64,000 nucleotides of DNA, from the NCBI GenBank assembly GCA_001768235.1, contig MENK01000001.1, positions 82,267 to 146,266 on the forward strand, read 5' to 3'. Within the stretch, counting starts at the first letter, position 1. Every line of letters starts with the position of its first letter. Position numbers and translations under genes: made by a program. This DNA comes from Bacteroidetes bacterium GWB2_32_14 (GTDB lineage Bacteria; Bacteroidota; Bacteroidia; Bacteroidales; UBA12077). Of the stretch, positions 35,097 through 43,705 are shown piece by piece. The notes under the pieces are model-generated. The model was not told the origin of the DNA. It ran no database searches and saw only the letters and a list, made by a program, of their open reading frames with translations.

Positions 35097-35999
35097 GTTT
35101 AACAAATCTGTCAATGCAGAATCCATGGTTTCAAAATTAAATCTAAAACCTTCATTCATTAATTTATCAGGTAAAACCTGCTGGCTGGCTAACAGCATTT
35201 CTTTAGCCAGGTCTCCCAGAAAAAACTTGAGAACTCTTTCCTGAATTGAAAAAAGTATTGGTTTATTGTATTTTCTTGAGATATTCTCAATAATTTCTTC
35301 CATTTTTACAGGCGTTGGAGCAGTTAAATTAAATGCTCCGGAAAGATGTTGATTTTTTATTAAAAATTCGATAGCCCTGATTTCATCCTGAATATGTATC
35401 CATGAAATATAATTTTGTCCCCGTCCTATAATTGCTCCAATGTTATATCGAAAGGGTTTGAGTAATTTAGGTAAAATGCCTCCATTTTTCCCGAAAACAA
35501 CTCCCGTTCGAATAATAATCCTGTTTATACCATAATTTACAACATCACGGGTCGAATTTTCCCATTGCTCACAAACATCTGATAGAAATCCTGTTCCTTT
35601 CGAACTCTCTTCATTACATGTGCTATTTATATTATATCCATAATAACCTATAGCTGATGCTTGTATAAGTATGCCTGGTTTGTTTGCAGCTTTTATACAT
35701 AGCTGTGTAATTAAATTACCTGTGTTAACCCGGCTAGTTATAATTTTTTGTTTTTGACTTTTTGTCCAAAGTCCCGAAGAAATATTTTCACCTGCAAGAT
35801 TAATTACTGCATCGGATTTATTAATTAGTTCGAGCAAGGTATTGTAGGTGAAATCATAAACTTTTACCGATTGGCTAAAAAGTGTTTTTGCTTTTATGGT
35901 GTTCCTTGTTACAACATTTACCGGGTAATTGTTTTCTACCAGGTACTGAACCAGTTCTTTTCCAATAAAACCTGTTGCACCAAAAATTGTAATCATCAT
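35094..35999 (-). CDS. TIGR01777/YfcH-like NAD-dependent epimerase-family oxidoreductase
   Basis: Rossmann 'IFGATGFIGKEL', ~300 aa with a DUF1731-like C-terminus. 4-bp overlap with the photolyase gene. Confidence 0.75.
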   Translation of the reverse strand: MMITIFGATGFIGKELVQYLVENNYPVNVVTRNTIKAKTLFSQSVKVYDFTYNTLLELINKSDAVINLAGENISSGLWTKSQKQKIITSRVNTGNLITQLCIKAANKPGILIQASAIGYYGYNINSTCNEESSKGTGFLSDVCEQWENSTRDVVNYGINRIIIRTGVVFGKNGGILPKLLKPFRYNIGAIIGRGQNYISWIHIQDEIRAIEFLIKNQHLSGAFNLTAPTPVKMEEIIENISRKYNKPILFSIQERVLKFFLGDLAKEMLLASQQVLPDKLMNEGFRFNFETMDSALTDLLN

Positions 36000-37303
36000 A
36001 TTTTATTCTTTTGAATAGCTTGTTTATATGCATCAATTGCTCTTATGCGGGCAAAATTATGTTCAACTACTGGTTTAGGGTATTTTTGTGTATTATATTC
36101 GGAAATCCATTTTCTAATGTATTCAAGTTTCGGGTCGAAACGATTGGTTTGTAATTCAGGGTTAAAAATCCTGAAATAAGGAACAGCATCGCAGCCTGTG
36201 CTTGCAGCCCATTGCCATCCTCCATTATTTGATGAAAGTTCATAATCCAGAAGTTTTTGTCCAAAATAAGCTTCGCCCCAACGCCAATCTATAAGCAGGT
36301 GTTTGGTTAGAAAACTTGCTGTAATCATTCTGACCCGGTTATGCATAAATCCTGTTTCGTTTAACTCGCGCATACCTGCATCAACAACAGGATAGCCGGT
36401 TTGTCCATTACACCATAACTCAAAATGTTTTTCGTTGTTTATCCATTCAATCCTGTCGTAAGCGGGTTTAAAAGAATTTTTTATCACATCAGGAAAGAAA
36501 TAAAGAATCATCATATAAAACTCACGCCAGATAAGCTCACTTAAAAATGAATCATTTAATCCCATCGTAGCTTTAATTAATTGCCTTATGCTTATTGTTC
36601 CGAATCGTAAATGAATACTTAGCCTGCTTGTTCCATCAATTGAAGGGAAATTCCTGAACTTATCGTAATATTTAATTTTTTCAAGATTAATTTCTTTTGA
36701 TGGAATATTCAAACCAGTTTGTTGAAAGCCCAAATCATTTAAAGATAAAAATTTAAAAGGTGTAGTTTTATGTAAGTTTGATAGTATTTTTTCAGAATAA
36801 TAAAATTTTAGTTCTTGTTTATTAAATTGTTCTTTCCATTTTTTCATGTAAGGAGTAAAAACAGTATATGGTTTTCCATCTGACTTTATGATTTCTTCTT
36901 TTTCAAAAATTACCTGGTCTTTATAACTGTAAACCGGAATATTTAATGATTTAAATGCATTTATAACAGAACGATCTCTTTCAAGGGCGTAAGGTTCATA
37001 ATCGTGATTAATAAATAATGCTTCAACCGGGTATGTATTTGTAATATTTCTAAATGCGTTAAGCGGAGAATCATATACAACATACAATGAACTCCCATAT
37101 TTTTCGAGATCCGATTTTAAATTCTTAATCTCGTTGTAAATAAAGTTAACTCTTCTATCATTTTTATATTCCAGTTTTTCCAGTATGTTCTTATCGAAAA
37201 TAAATACAGGAAGCACGTTTCCGTTTTTAAGTGCATGAAAAAATGCCCGATTATCGTGTAATCGTAAATCGCGTCGAAACCAAAAAAGATTAATTTTCGT
37301 CAT
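35996..37303 (-). CDS. Photolyase/cryptochrome family protein (CPD photolyase or Cry-DASH-like)
   Basis: 'LFWFRRDLRLHDN' N-terminus and an FAD-binding C-terminus ('GYPVVDAGMREL..TGFMHNRVRM', 'NNGGWQW'). Confidence 0.85.
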   Translation of the reverse strand: MTKINLFWFRRDLRLHDNRAFFHALKNGNVLPVFIFDKNILEKLEYKNDRRVNFIYNEIKNLKSDLEKYGSSLYVVYDSPLNAFRNITNTYPVEALFINHDYEPYALERDRSVINAFKSLNIPVYSYKDQVIFEKEEIIKSDGKPYTVFTPYMKKWKEQFNKQELKFYYSEKILSNLHKTTPFKFLSLNDLGFQQTGLNIPSKEINLEKIKYYDKFRNFPSIDGTSRLSIHLRFGTISIRQLIKATMGLNDSFLSELIWREFYMMILYFFPDVIKNSFKPAYDRIEWINNEKHFELWCNGQTGYPVVDAGMRELNETGFMHNRVRMITASFLTKHLLIDWRWGEAYFGQKLLDYELSSNNGGWQWAASTGCDAVPYFRIFNPELQTNRFDPKLEYIRKWISEYNTQKYPKPVVEHNFARIRAIDAYKQAIQKNKI

Positions 37304-37526
37304 AATTTTGATTAAAAGTAACCAGGTAAAGGTTTATATTTTTTAAATTTATAAAATATTGATTGTTTCTATCAGTCTTTTGTATTTAAACAAAAGAAGT
37401 TTTTATTTGTTTATGAATTATGTAATTAATGTTGTACAAATGAAAATCATGTGCAAAATGAACCAATATATAAACTTGTTGTTTTACACATTAAAATCGT
37501 AATAATACATCGAAAACTGTTGAATT

Positions 37527-38408
37527 ATGGCTAAATATTCAATTAAGGAATTAGAAAATTTATCGGGAATTAAGGCTCACACTATTCGGATATGGGAAAA
37601 GCGCTACAATATAATTAAACCTGATCGAACGGATACGAATATAAGGTATTATTGTGATACTGAACTTAAACGGTTATTGAATATAGCAATATTAAACCGG
37701 CATGGGATTAAAATTTCTAATATTGCACATTTATCAGATTCTGAATTAACAGATAAAGTCGTTTCTATATCAAGCGATCCTTCGGATGCAGAAAATAACA
37801 TTGAGAACATGGTTGTAGCCATGGTAGAAATGAATGAGAACCGTTTTGAGAAAATCTTGTCGCGATACATTATGCACGAAGGATTCGAGAATGCTGTTAT
37901 AAAAATTATTTTCCCATTTTTTGAAAAAATTGGATTGTTATGGCAAACAGGCTCAATTAACCCTGCGCACGAGCATTTTGTTTCGAATTTATTTCGGCAG
38001 AAATTAATGGTTGCAATCGATAATTTAATAGTAACTGATAATATTAATGCCAAAAAGTTTGTTTTATTTTTACCGGAAGGAGAATACCACGAACTTGGAT
38101 TGTTATTTTATTATTATTTAGTAAAAAAATCGGGTAAGTTGGTTTATTACCTCGGAAGTTCTGTTCCATATAATGATGTTGTTGAAACTGGTAAAATGAT
38201 AAAATCTGATTATTTTTTTACATCAATCACATCATCGCTCAACGGGACTAAGGCTGTAGATTATTTAAATAAGTTATCAAAAGAATTTCCATTTCAAACC
38301 ATTTTTATAACAGGGCTTCAGGTAAAGGAAGGATTGCACAATTTACCTTCAAATGTTCGTAAAATATCATCTCCCTTAGATTTAAACGAGTTTTTAAAAA
38401 TAAACTGA
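37527..38408 (+). CDS. CarH/LitR-type MerR-family regulator with an adenosylcobalamin-binding photoreceptor domain
   Basis: MerR HTH ('YSIKELENLSGIKAHTIRIWEKRY'). Exact Wx9EH motif ('WQTGSINPAHEH') and B12 lower-ligand motif ExHxxG ('EYHELG'). Confidence 0.8.
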   Translation: MAKYSIKELENLSGIKAHTIRIWEKRYNIIKPDRTDTNIRYYCDTELKRLLNIAILNRHGIKISNIAHLSDSELTDKVVSISSDPSDAENNIENMVVAMVEMNENRFEKILSRYIMHEGFENAVIKIIFPFFEKIGLLWQTGSINPAHEHFVSNLFRQKLMVAIDNLIVTDNINAKKFVLFLPEGEYHELGLLFYYYLVKKSGKLVYYLGSSVPYNDVVETGKMIKSDYFFTSITSSLNGTKAVDYLNKLSKEFPFQTIFITGLQVKEGLHNLPSNVRKISSPLDLNEFLKIN

Positions 38409-38436
38409 TTGTATTTAGAATTATTCTAAATTACTT

Positions 38437-38467
38437 ATCCTGCGTGTACTTCAGCAGGATTTTTTTG
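38437..38467 (+). terminator. Intrinsic terminator after the MerR/B12 regulator gene
   Basis: ATCCTGC ... GCAGGAT stem followed by TTTTTT. Confidence 0.65.
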
Positions 38468-38696
38468 TTTAATTATGGTGTATCAAGGGATGCAAAAGAT
38501 TAAACAAAAAAATGTTTTTTTTTGTAATTTAGAAACTATGAGCAAAATGGTATCTGATTGCCTAAATGTAGTGTTATGTATTGATATTACTTATTTAGAA
38601 ATGATATGAATTTAGTGGCGTGAGGGCTTTTGATATTTGGAATTCTGTTTAAATGTGTTGTATATTTGTTTAACGATAATTTAAAAAGTTACAACT

Positions 38697-39200
38697 ATGA
38701 CAGCAATGGAATTTAATCATCAATTAATAAGTTTGGAAAGTAAGTTGTCGCGATTTGCAATGAGTTTAACGTCAGATAAAGAAGAAGCTCATGATTTATT
38801 GCAGGAAACATACTTAAAAGCACTCTCGCACAGAGATAAATTTATAGGTTATTCGAATTTAAAGGCATGGACTTTTACAATTATGAAAAATACCTTTATT
38901 AATAATTACAGGAAACATCAAAAAGAAAATACACACAACGATGTAACCAAAAATATGTATTTTTTAAATATTTCCAGAGATATTTCTCCTGAAAAACCAG
39001 ATACAGAGTATTTTACGCAGGAAATATTAAAGCAGATAGATAGTTTGCCCGATGAATTTAAACAGCCTTTTAATATGTTCTTATCAGGTTATAAATATAA
39101 AGAAATAGCAGACGAACTGGAATTAAAAATTGGTACCGTGAAAAGCAGAATTTTCTTTACACGTAAAAAACTAATGGATAGTTTAAAAGATTTCCAGTAA
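38697..39200 (+). CDS. ECF-type RNA polymerase sigma factor
   Basis: Region 2 ('EEAHDLLQETYLKAL', 'KAWTFTIMKNTFIN') and region 4 ('YKEIADELELKIGTVKSRIFFTRKKL'). Confidence 0.85.
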   Translation: MTAMEFNHQLISLESKLSRFAMSLTSDKEEAHDLLQETYLKALSHRDKFIGYSNLKAWTFTIMKNTFINNYRKHQKENTHNDVTKNMYFLNISRDISPEKPDTEYFTQEILKQIDSLPDEFKQPFNMFLSGYKYKEIADELELKIGTVKSRIFFTRKKLMDSLKDFQ

Positions 39201-39241
39201 GAAATTAAGATTGTTGAATTAATAATTAGTGAACTTTTTGG

Positions 39242-39700
39242 TTATAAACTACCAAAAAGTTCTTTTATTTTATGTTCACGATAGGTGAATATTTCTTCTA
39301 CCTTTTTCTTAACGAATAATTTATGCACGAGCTTTCCAAAAATGCCATAAGGTAAATCATAGAAAAGAATATCGGTCATTTCAATTCCATTTTCAATCTT
39401 GCTAAAATGATGTTCGTGATGCCAGATAGTATAAGGGCCTTTAATCTGGTTGTCGATAAAATACTTGTGCTCTTTAATCTGGGTAATTTCTGTAGCCCAC
39501 TTAATTGAAATATTCAGAACAGGACTAATTGTATAAGTAATAATCATTCCGGGGTACATATCACCAACATCTGACCTCGAAATAACAGAAAATTTCATAT
39601 ACGATGGAGTAATTAGCCCCAGGTTTTCAGGCTTCGAAAAAAAATCCCAGGCATGGGTTAATTTGATTGGTATTTGTTGCGTCCTTTTAAGCTTATACAT
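39242..39700 (-). CDS. SRPBCC-superfamily (START/cyclase-dehydrase-like) protein
   Basis: ~150 aa from the internal ATG ('MYKLKRTQQIPIKLTHAWDFFSKPENL'). The ORF-track start at 39787 is probably too far upstream. Confidence 0.55.
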   Translation of the reverse strand: MYKLKRTQQIPIKLTHAWDFFSKPENLGLITPSYMKFSVISRSDVGDMYPGMIITYTISPVLNISIKWATEITQIKEHKYFIDNQIKGPYTIWHHEHHFSKIENGIEMTDILFYDLPYGIFGKLVHKLFVKKKVEEIFTYREHKIKELFGSL

Positions 39701-39929
39701 TCTTTTGTTTAGAAACCAAATTGTTAAATATCTTTCATATAACAAGCAAGCTGCAAATTTGTTTTCAATGAATTGGTTTCCAAACATGAAATTACAAATA
39801 AAATAGTTAGGTATTGCAATAACTCGGAATATTCAATGCAAATAGTATGGTTATTTATTCTTTTTTTGATAAGTCAAAGATTTGATTTACAGTTAATATT
39901 TTCTAATTTCGAATTTTAAAAATATTAAT

Positions 39930-40703
39930 ATGACAGATTATCATATACATACAATATTATCTGATGGGATAGATACTCATGAAGCATGTTTAAGAATGGC
40001 ATCAGAATATAATGTATCGGAAATTGGTTTTTCAGATCATATTTGTCTTAATTATCCCGAATGGGCTGTAAGGGAAGAAGATTTGACCTATATGAAAGAA
40101 AAAGTGACTAAAATTAAAAATACAACAGATTTGCCGTTTAAGGTAAAATTTGGTGCTGAAATAGATTATTTGTCGGACAAAAAAGATGAAATCCAAACAA
40201 TTATTCAAAAACTAAAATTAGATTATGTTATAGGTTCTGTACACTTTATAAATGGATGGAATTTCGATACCGAACCGTTTAATTACGAAACCAAGAATAT
40301 TGATCATCTTTATAACGAATACTTTAGGTTAATTCAGGAAGCAGCAATATCCGGTTTATTTGATATTATTGGACATGCTGATGTAATTAAAAAGTTTAAT
40401 TATAAACCATCGTTTAAACTCGATAAATTATACAAACAAACAGCTAAAATATTTAGTAAAGCAGATATAGCAATTGAATTAAATACAAGTGGTTTGTTTA
40501 AACCTTGCAATGAGTATTATCCTTCGACAGAGTTTTTAAAGATGTGTTTTAAAGAAAAGGTTCCTGTTACGTTGGGTTCCGATGCACATCAGGCAGTTGA
40601 TATTGCACGAAATTTTAAAAAAGCAATAAACCTTTTAAAAGTTACCGGATATAAGCAGATTGCTGTTTTCGAAAAAAGGAAAAGAACACTTATTCCAATT
40701 TGA
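39930..40703 (+). CDS. PHP-domain histidinol-phosphatase (HisJ-family) hydrolase
   Basis: 'DYHIHT..SDG', 'GFSDH', 'GSVHF', 'GHAD' and 'GSDAH' metal-ligand pattern. Confidence 0.7.
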   Translation: MTDYHIHTILSDGIDTHEACLRMASEYNVSEIGFSDHICLNYPEWAVREEDLTYMKEKVTKIKNTTDLPFKVKFGAEIDYLSDKKDEIQTIIQKLKLDYVIGSVHFINGWNFDTEPFNYETKNIDHLYNEYFRLIQEAAISGLFDIIGHADVIKKFNYKPSFKLDKLYKQTAKIFSKADIAIELNTSGLFKPCNEYYPSTEFLKMCFKEKVPVTLGSDAHQAVDIARNFKKAINLLKVTGYKQIAVFEKRKRTLIPI

Positions 40704-40705
40704 GT

Positions 40706-40960
40706 TTAGTCTCTATTTTCGTTTGAAAAAGAATTTTTAAATTCTCCGAGTATATCTTTTGCTTTTTCAATATCCTTATTTGCAACAAAGACCTTTGATT
40801 CAATCCCTTGCAAACCTCCACTAAATCCGGCAACCAGGCCGGAATTCATGTTGTTTATCACCATTGCGGCAACGTGGTTGTCTTCAAGTATTTCTTTCAA
40901 TACATGCGCATCAATATCTGAGCAGGTAAATAGTAGTTTTAATTCTTCAGGATTTGTCAT
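40706..40960 (-). CDS. Small DUF2007-like protein
   Basis: 84 aa with a beta-alpha-beta-like pattern. Weak family recollection only. Confidence 0.4.
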   Translation of the reverse strand: MTNPEELKLLFTCSDIDAHVLKEILEDNHVAAMVINNMNSGLVAGFSGGLQGIESKVFVANKDIEKAKDILGEFKNSFSNENRD

Positions 40961-40972
40961 AATATTAAAATT

Positions 40973-41662
40973 TTAAAAATCAATATTTTCAGTGCTTATT
41001 AATTCAAGAGTATCCAGGTTTAAAGCAGATAAATACCCATATTCTTTAATTTGCTTATATACGCAACCGGAATCAATGCAAAGGATTTTATTTTTATTTT
41101 CAATATTTTTCAATATTTGTTTTTTTGGAAGCTGGGTATGCCCGTGTATGATAAATTTCCCTTTCGTTAAATCCGAATTGTAATTCTCTTCACGAGTCCA
41201 TATCATACTTATTTTATCATTAAAAGGATTATCAGAATTAAAATTTATCCCGGCATGAACCAGGATAAATTTTTCTGTTTCAATAAAATAGGGCATCGAT
41301 TCAATAAATTCAATATATTTTTTTGGGATATAACCGGTTAAATGATAAATTCCATTAGGTACATTATAGTTTTTAAGAGTTTGTGATGCTCCATTGTTCA
41401 TCCAAAGCAAATAATCTTCAATATTATTATTTAAATATGTGCTTAACATCATTTCTTCGTGATTTCCCCTGATAATATGAATTGCTTGTTTTGAGTGTTT
41501 AAGATCAATTAAATAATCAAGCACTGATTTGGAATCAGGCCCCCTGTCGATATAATCGCCTAAAAAATAATATGTATTATCAGAAGAAACAGCTTCAATA
41601 GTCTTTATCAACTCTTTCAATGTTTTTATACAACCATGAATGTCGCTAATGGCGTAATGCAT
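40973..41662 (-). CDS. Metallophosphoesterase (PPP-family Ser/Thr phosphatase or ApaH-like)
   Basis: 'ISDIHG', 'GDYIDRG', 'RGNHE' and 'GHT' motifs. Confidence 0.85.
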   Translation of the reverse strand: MHYAISDIHGCIKTLKELIKTIEAVSSDNTYYFLGDYIDRGPDSKSVLDYLIDLKHSKQAIHIIRGNHEEMMLSTYLNNNIEDYLLWMNNGASQTLKNYNVPNGIYHLTGYIPKKYIEFIESMPYFIETEKFILVHAGINFNSDNPFNDKISMIWTREENYNSDLTKGKFIIHGHTQLPKKQILKNIENKNKILCIDSGCVYKQIKEYGYLSALNLDTLELISTENIDF

Positions 41663-41771
41663 GTCTAGTTTATTAAGTTTATAAATTAGGCATATTTATA
41701 TCAATATTCAAGTTTTAATAAATAAAAAAACCATCCTTATGGAGGACGGTTTCTTTAATGCAATTTATTTT

Positions 41772-43403
41772 TTAATAATACAAGTACCGCTTGATTTTAT
41801 GTGTTGCAGTTTTTTCGAATGGTGTAGAATATGATACTACAGCATATACACGAGAGAATTTATTTACTCTTGAGTTAACATATTCCTGTAGCTCTATACT
41901 AAGCTCATCAATCTTTTCTTTGATATAATGCATAGCTTCTTCTTTAAACTCGTTAAATTGTTTTTCCAGCTCTTCATGGTTAAAGTGAACTAAAGCTACC
42001 AGTTTCCCTTTTTGTTCAACTACAACAGATTCAACAACGTATTTAAAGTTATTAATTACAGATTCAATTTCCTCGGGGTAAATATTCTCTCCACTTGCAC
42101 CAACAATCATGTTTTTTATTCGTCCACGAATAAAAAGGTAGTTGTCTTTATCAAAATAACCTAAATCGCCAGTTTTAAGCCAGCCATCAGGAGTTAGAAC
42201 CTCGCTTGTAATTTGTGGTTCTTTATAGTAACCTTTCATAATATTATCTCCTTTAGCCCAAACTTCTCCTTCGCCAGTTACTGAATCCGGGTTGTTGATT
42301 TTTATCTGAACCCCTTTTAATACCGGGCCTGTAGCTCGTAGTTTAACCTGATGAGGATTCGCTCCCGATAACAGGGGAGATGATTCGGTTAAACCATATC
42401 CGATAGCATAAGGGAATTTGGCTTCACGTAAAAATTTTTCAACTGTCGGATCAAGAGGAGCCCCGCCAACACCAAAGAATACCAGTTCACCACCAAATGT
42501 ACCGTATAGCTTTTTACCTGCTAACCGGTTTAGTATTTTTCTAATAAATCCGACTTTGTACAAAGCTGAAATTACTTTCCCATTTGTAAATTTGGGTAAT
42601 ATCTGGTTACGATATATTTTCTCGATTACCATTGGAACGCTTAATATATGCGTAGGCCTTACAATTTTTAAAGCAGGTAATAAAACTGCTGCTGTTGGTG
42701 GTTTTTCAAGATAATAAACTGATGCACCTTGCATTAATGGAAGTACAAAACCCAATGTATTCTCGTAAGTGTGAGATAATGGTAAAATAGATAAAAACTT
42801 GTGTGTAGAGTTCACGGGCTCAATAGATAAAACCTGAATGGCATTATTTACAATATTCTTATGAGTTAGCATAACACCTTTAGACTTGCCTGTTGTGCCG
42901 GATGTATATATGATTGATGCTACATCGCTTTCTTGCACAATATAATTAGGCGAATCTTTTAAAATCATATCGTGTTGTGTTCCTCTTTCAATAGTTAAAT
43001 CATCGGAATATATTATTGTATCTAGTAAATCCTGTTTAAGTTTTTCGATTTTCGGGTACATCAGTTTCGAAACAATAATTGCTTTACTTTCCGAATGTTC
43101 AATGATATTCTGAATTTCGTTTTCGTGAAAATCAGGTAACATTGGTACTGCAATTGCCCCCATTGATGTTATTGCGAAATAAGCAATTCCCCAATTGGGC
43201 ATATTTCTGCTTAAAATAGCAACCTTATCGCCTTTTTGGATATTAAAGCTTGCAAGCAGTACCTGCATTTTTTCAATTTCAGCTTTTAAATCAGTATATG
43301 TTAATGGGTTTCCATTTACATAAGTTAAAGCTGTATTATTTCCATACAATTGAAAACTGTTTTCTAAAAGTGCAGGAATGGTTTGGTTTTTCAGTTTTGT
43401 CAT
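41772..43403 (-). CDS. AMP-dependent long-chain acyl-CoA synthetase
   Basis: 'YTSGTTGKSKGV' AMP-binding motif, 'GYGLTE' and 'TGDLG'. Confidence 0.85.
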   Translation of the reverse strand: MTKLKNQTIPALLENSFQLYGNNTALTYVNGNPLTYTDLKAEIEKMQVLLASFNIQKGDKVAILSRNMPNWGIAYFAITSMGAIAVPMLPDFHENEIQNIIEHSESKAIIVSKLMYPKIEKLKQDLLDTIIYSDDLTIERGTQHDMILKDSPNYIVQESDVASIIYTSGTTGKSKGVMLTHKNIVNNAIQVLSIEPVNSTHKFLSILPLSHTYENTLGFVLPLMQGASVYYLEKPPTAAVLLPALKIVRPTHILSVPMVIEKIYRNQILPKFTNGKVISALYKVGFIRKILNRLAGKKLYGTFGGELVFFGVGGAPLDPTVEKFLREAKFPYAIGYGLTESSPLLSGANPHQVKLRATGPVLKGVQIKINNPDSVTGEGEVWAKGDNIMKGYYKEPQITSEVLTPDGWLKTGDLGYFDKDNYLFIRGRIKNMIVGASGENIYPEEIESVINNFKYVVESVVVEQKGKLVALVHFNHEELEKQFNEFKEEAMHYIKEKIDELSIELQEYVNSRVNKFSRVYAVVSYSTPFEKTATHKIKRYLYY

Positions 43404-43705
43404 TGAGCTATATTATAACGAAATTAAAAGAATATGTTATAAAGCACTAAAAATTCAATTGCCAAATATACAACTAATATGATAAAGTTATCCGTTATAT
43501 AAACATATTACAACTGGTAAATGTTTACACGATATTTAAAATGATGAATAATAAGAGATTAACGGTAGATTTAATGATTATTTTTTATTAACAACATTGG
43601 TTAAAAATAGAAATTAAAACTTTTGATTTAATCAGGTTCGATGGGTAATTGGTGAACCGGAAATTTTCAGTGCCGGATTTAATTTGCAATGATTTTATTG
43701 TAGCA

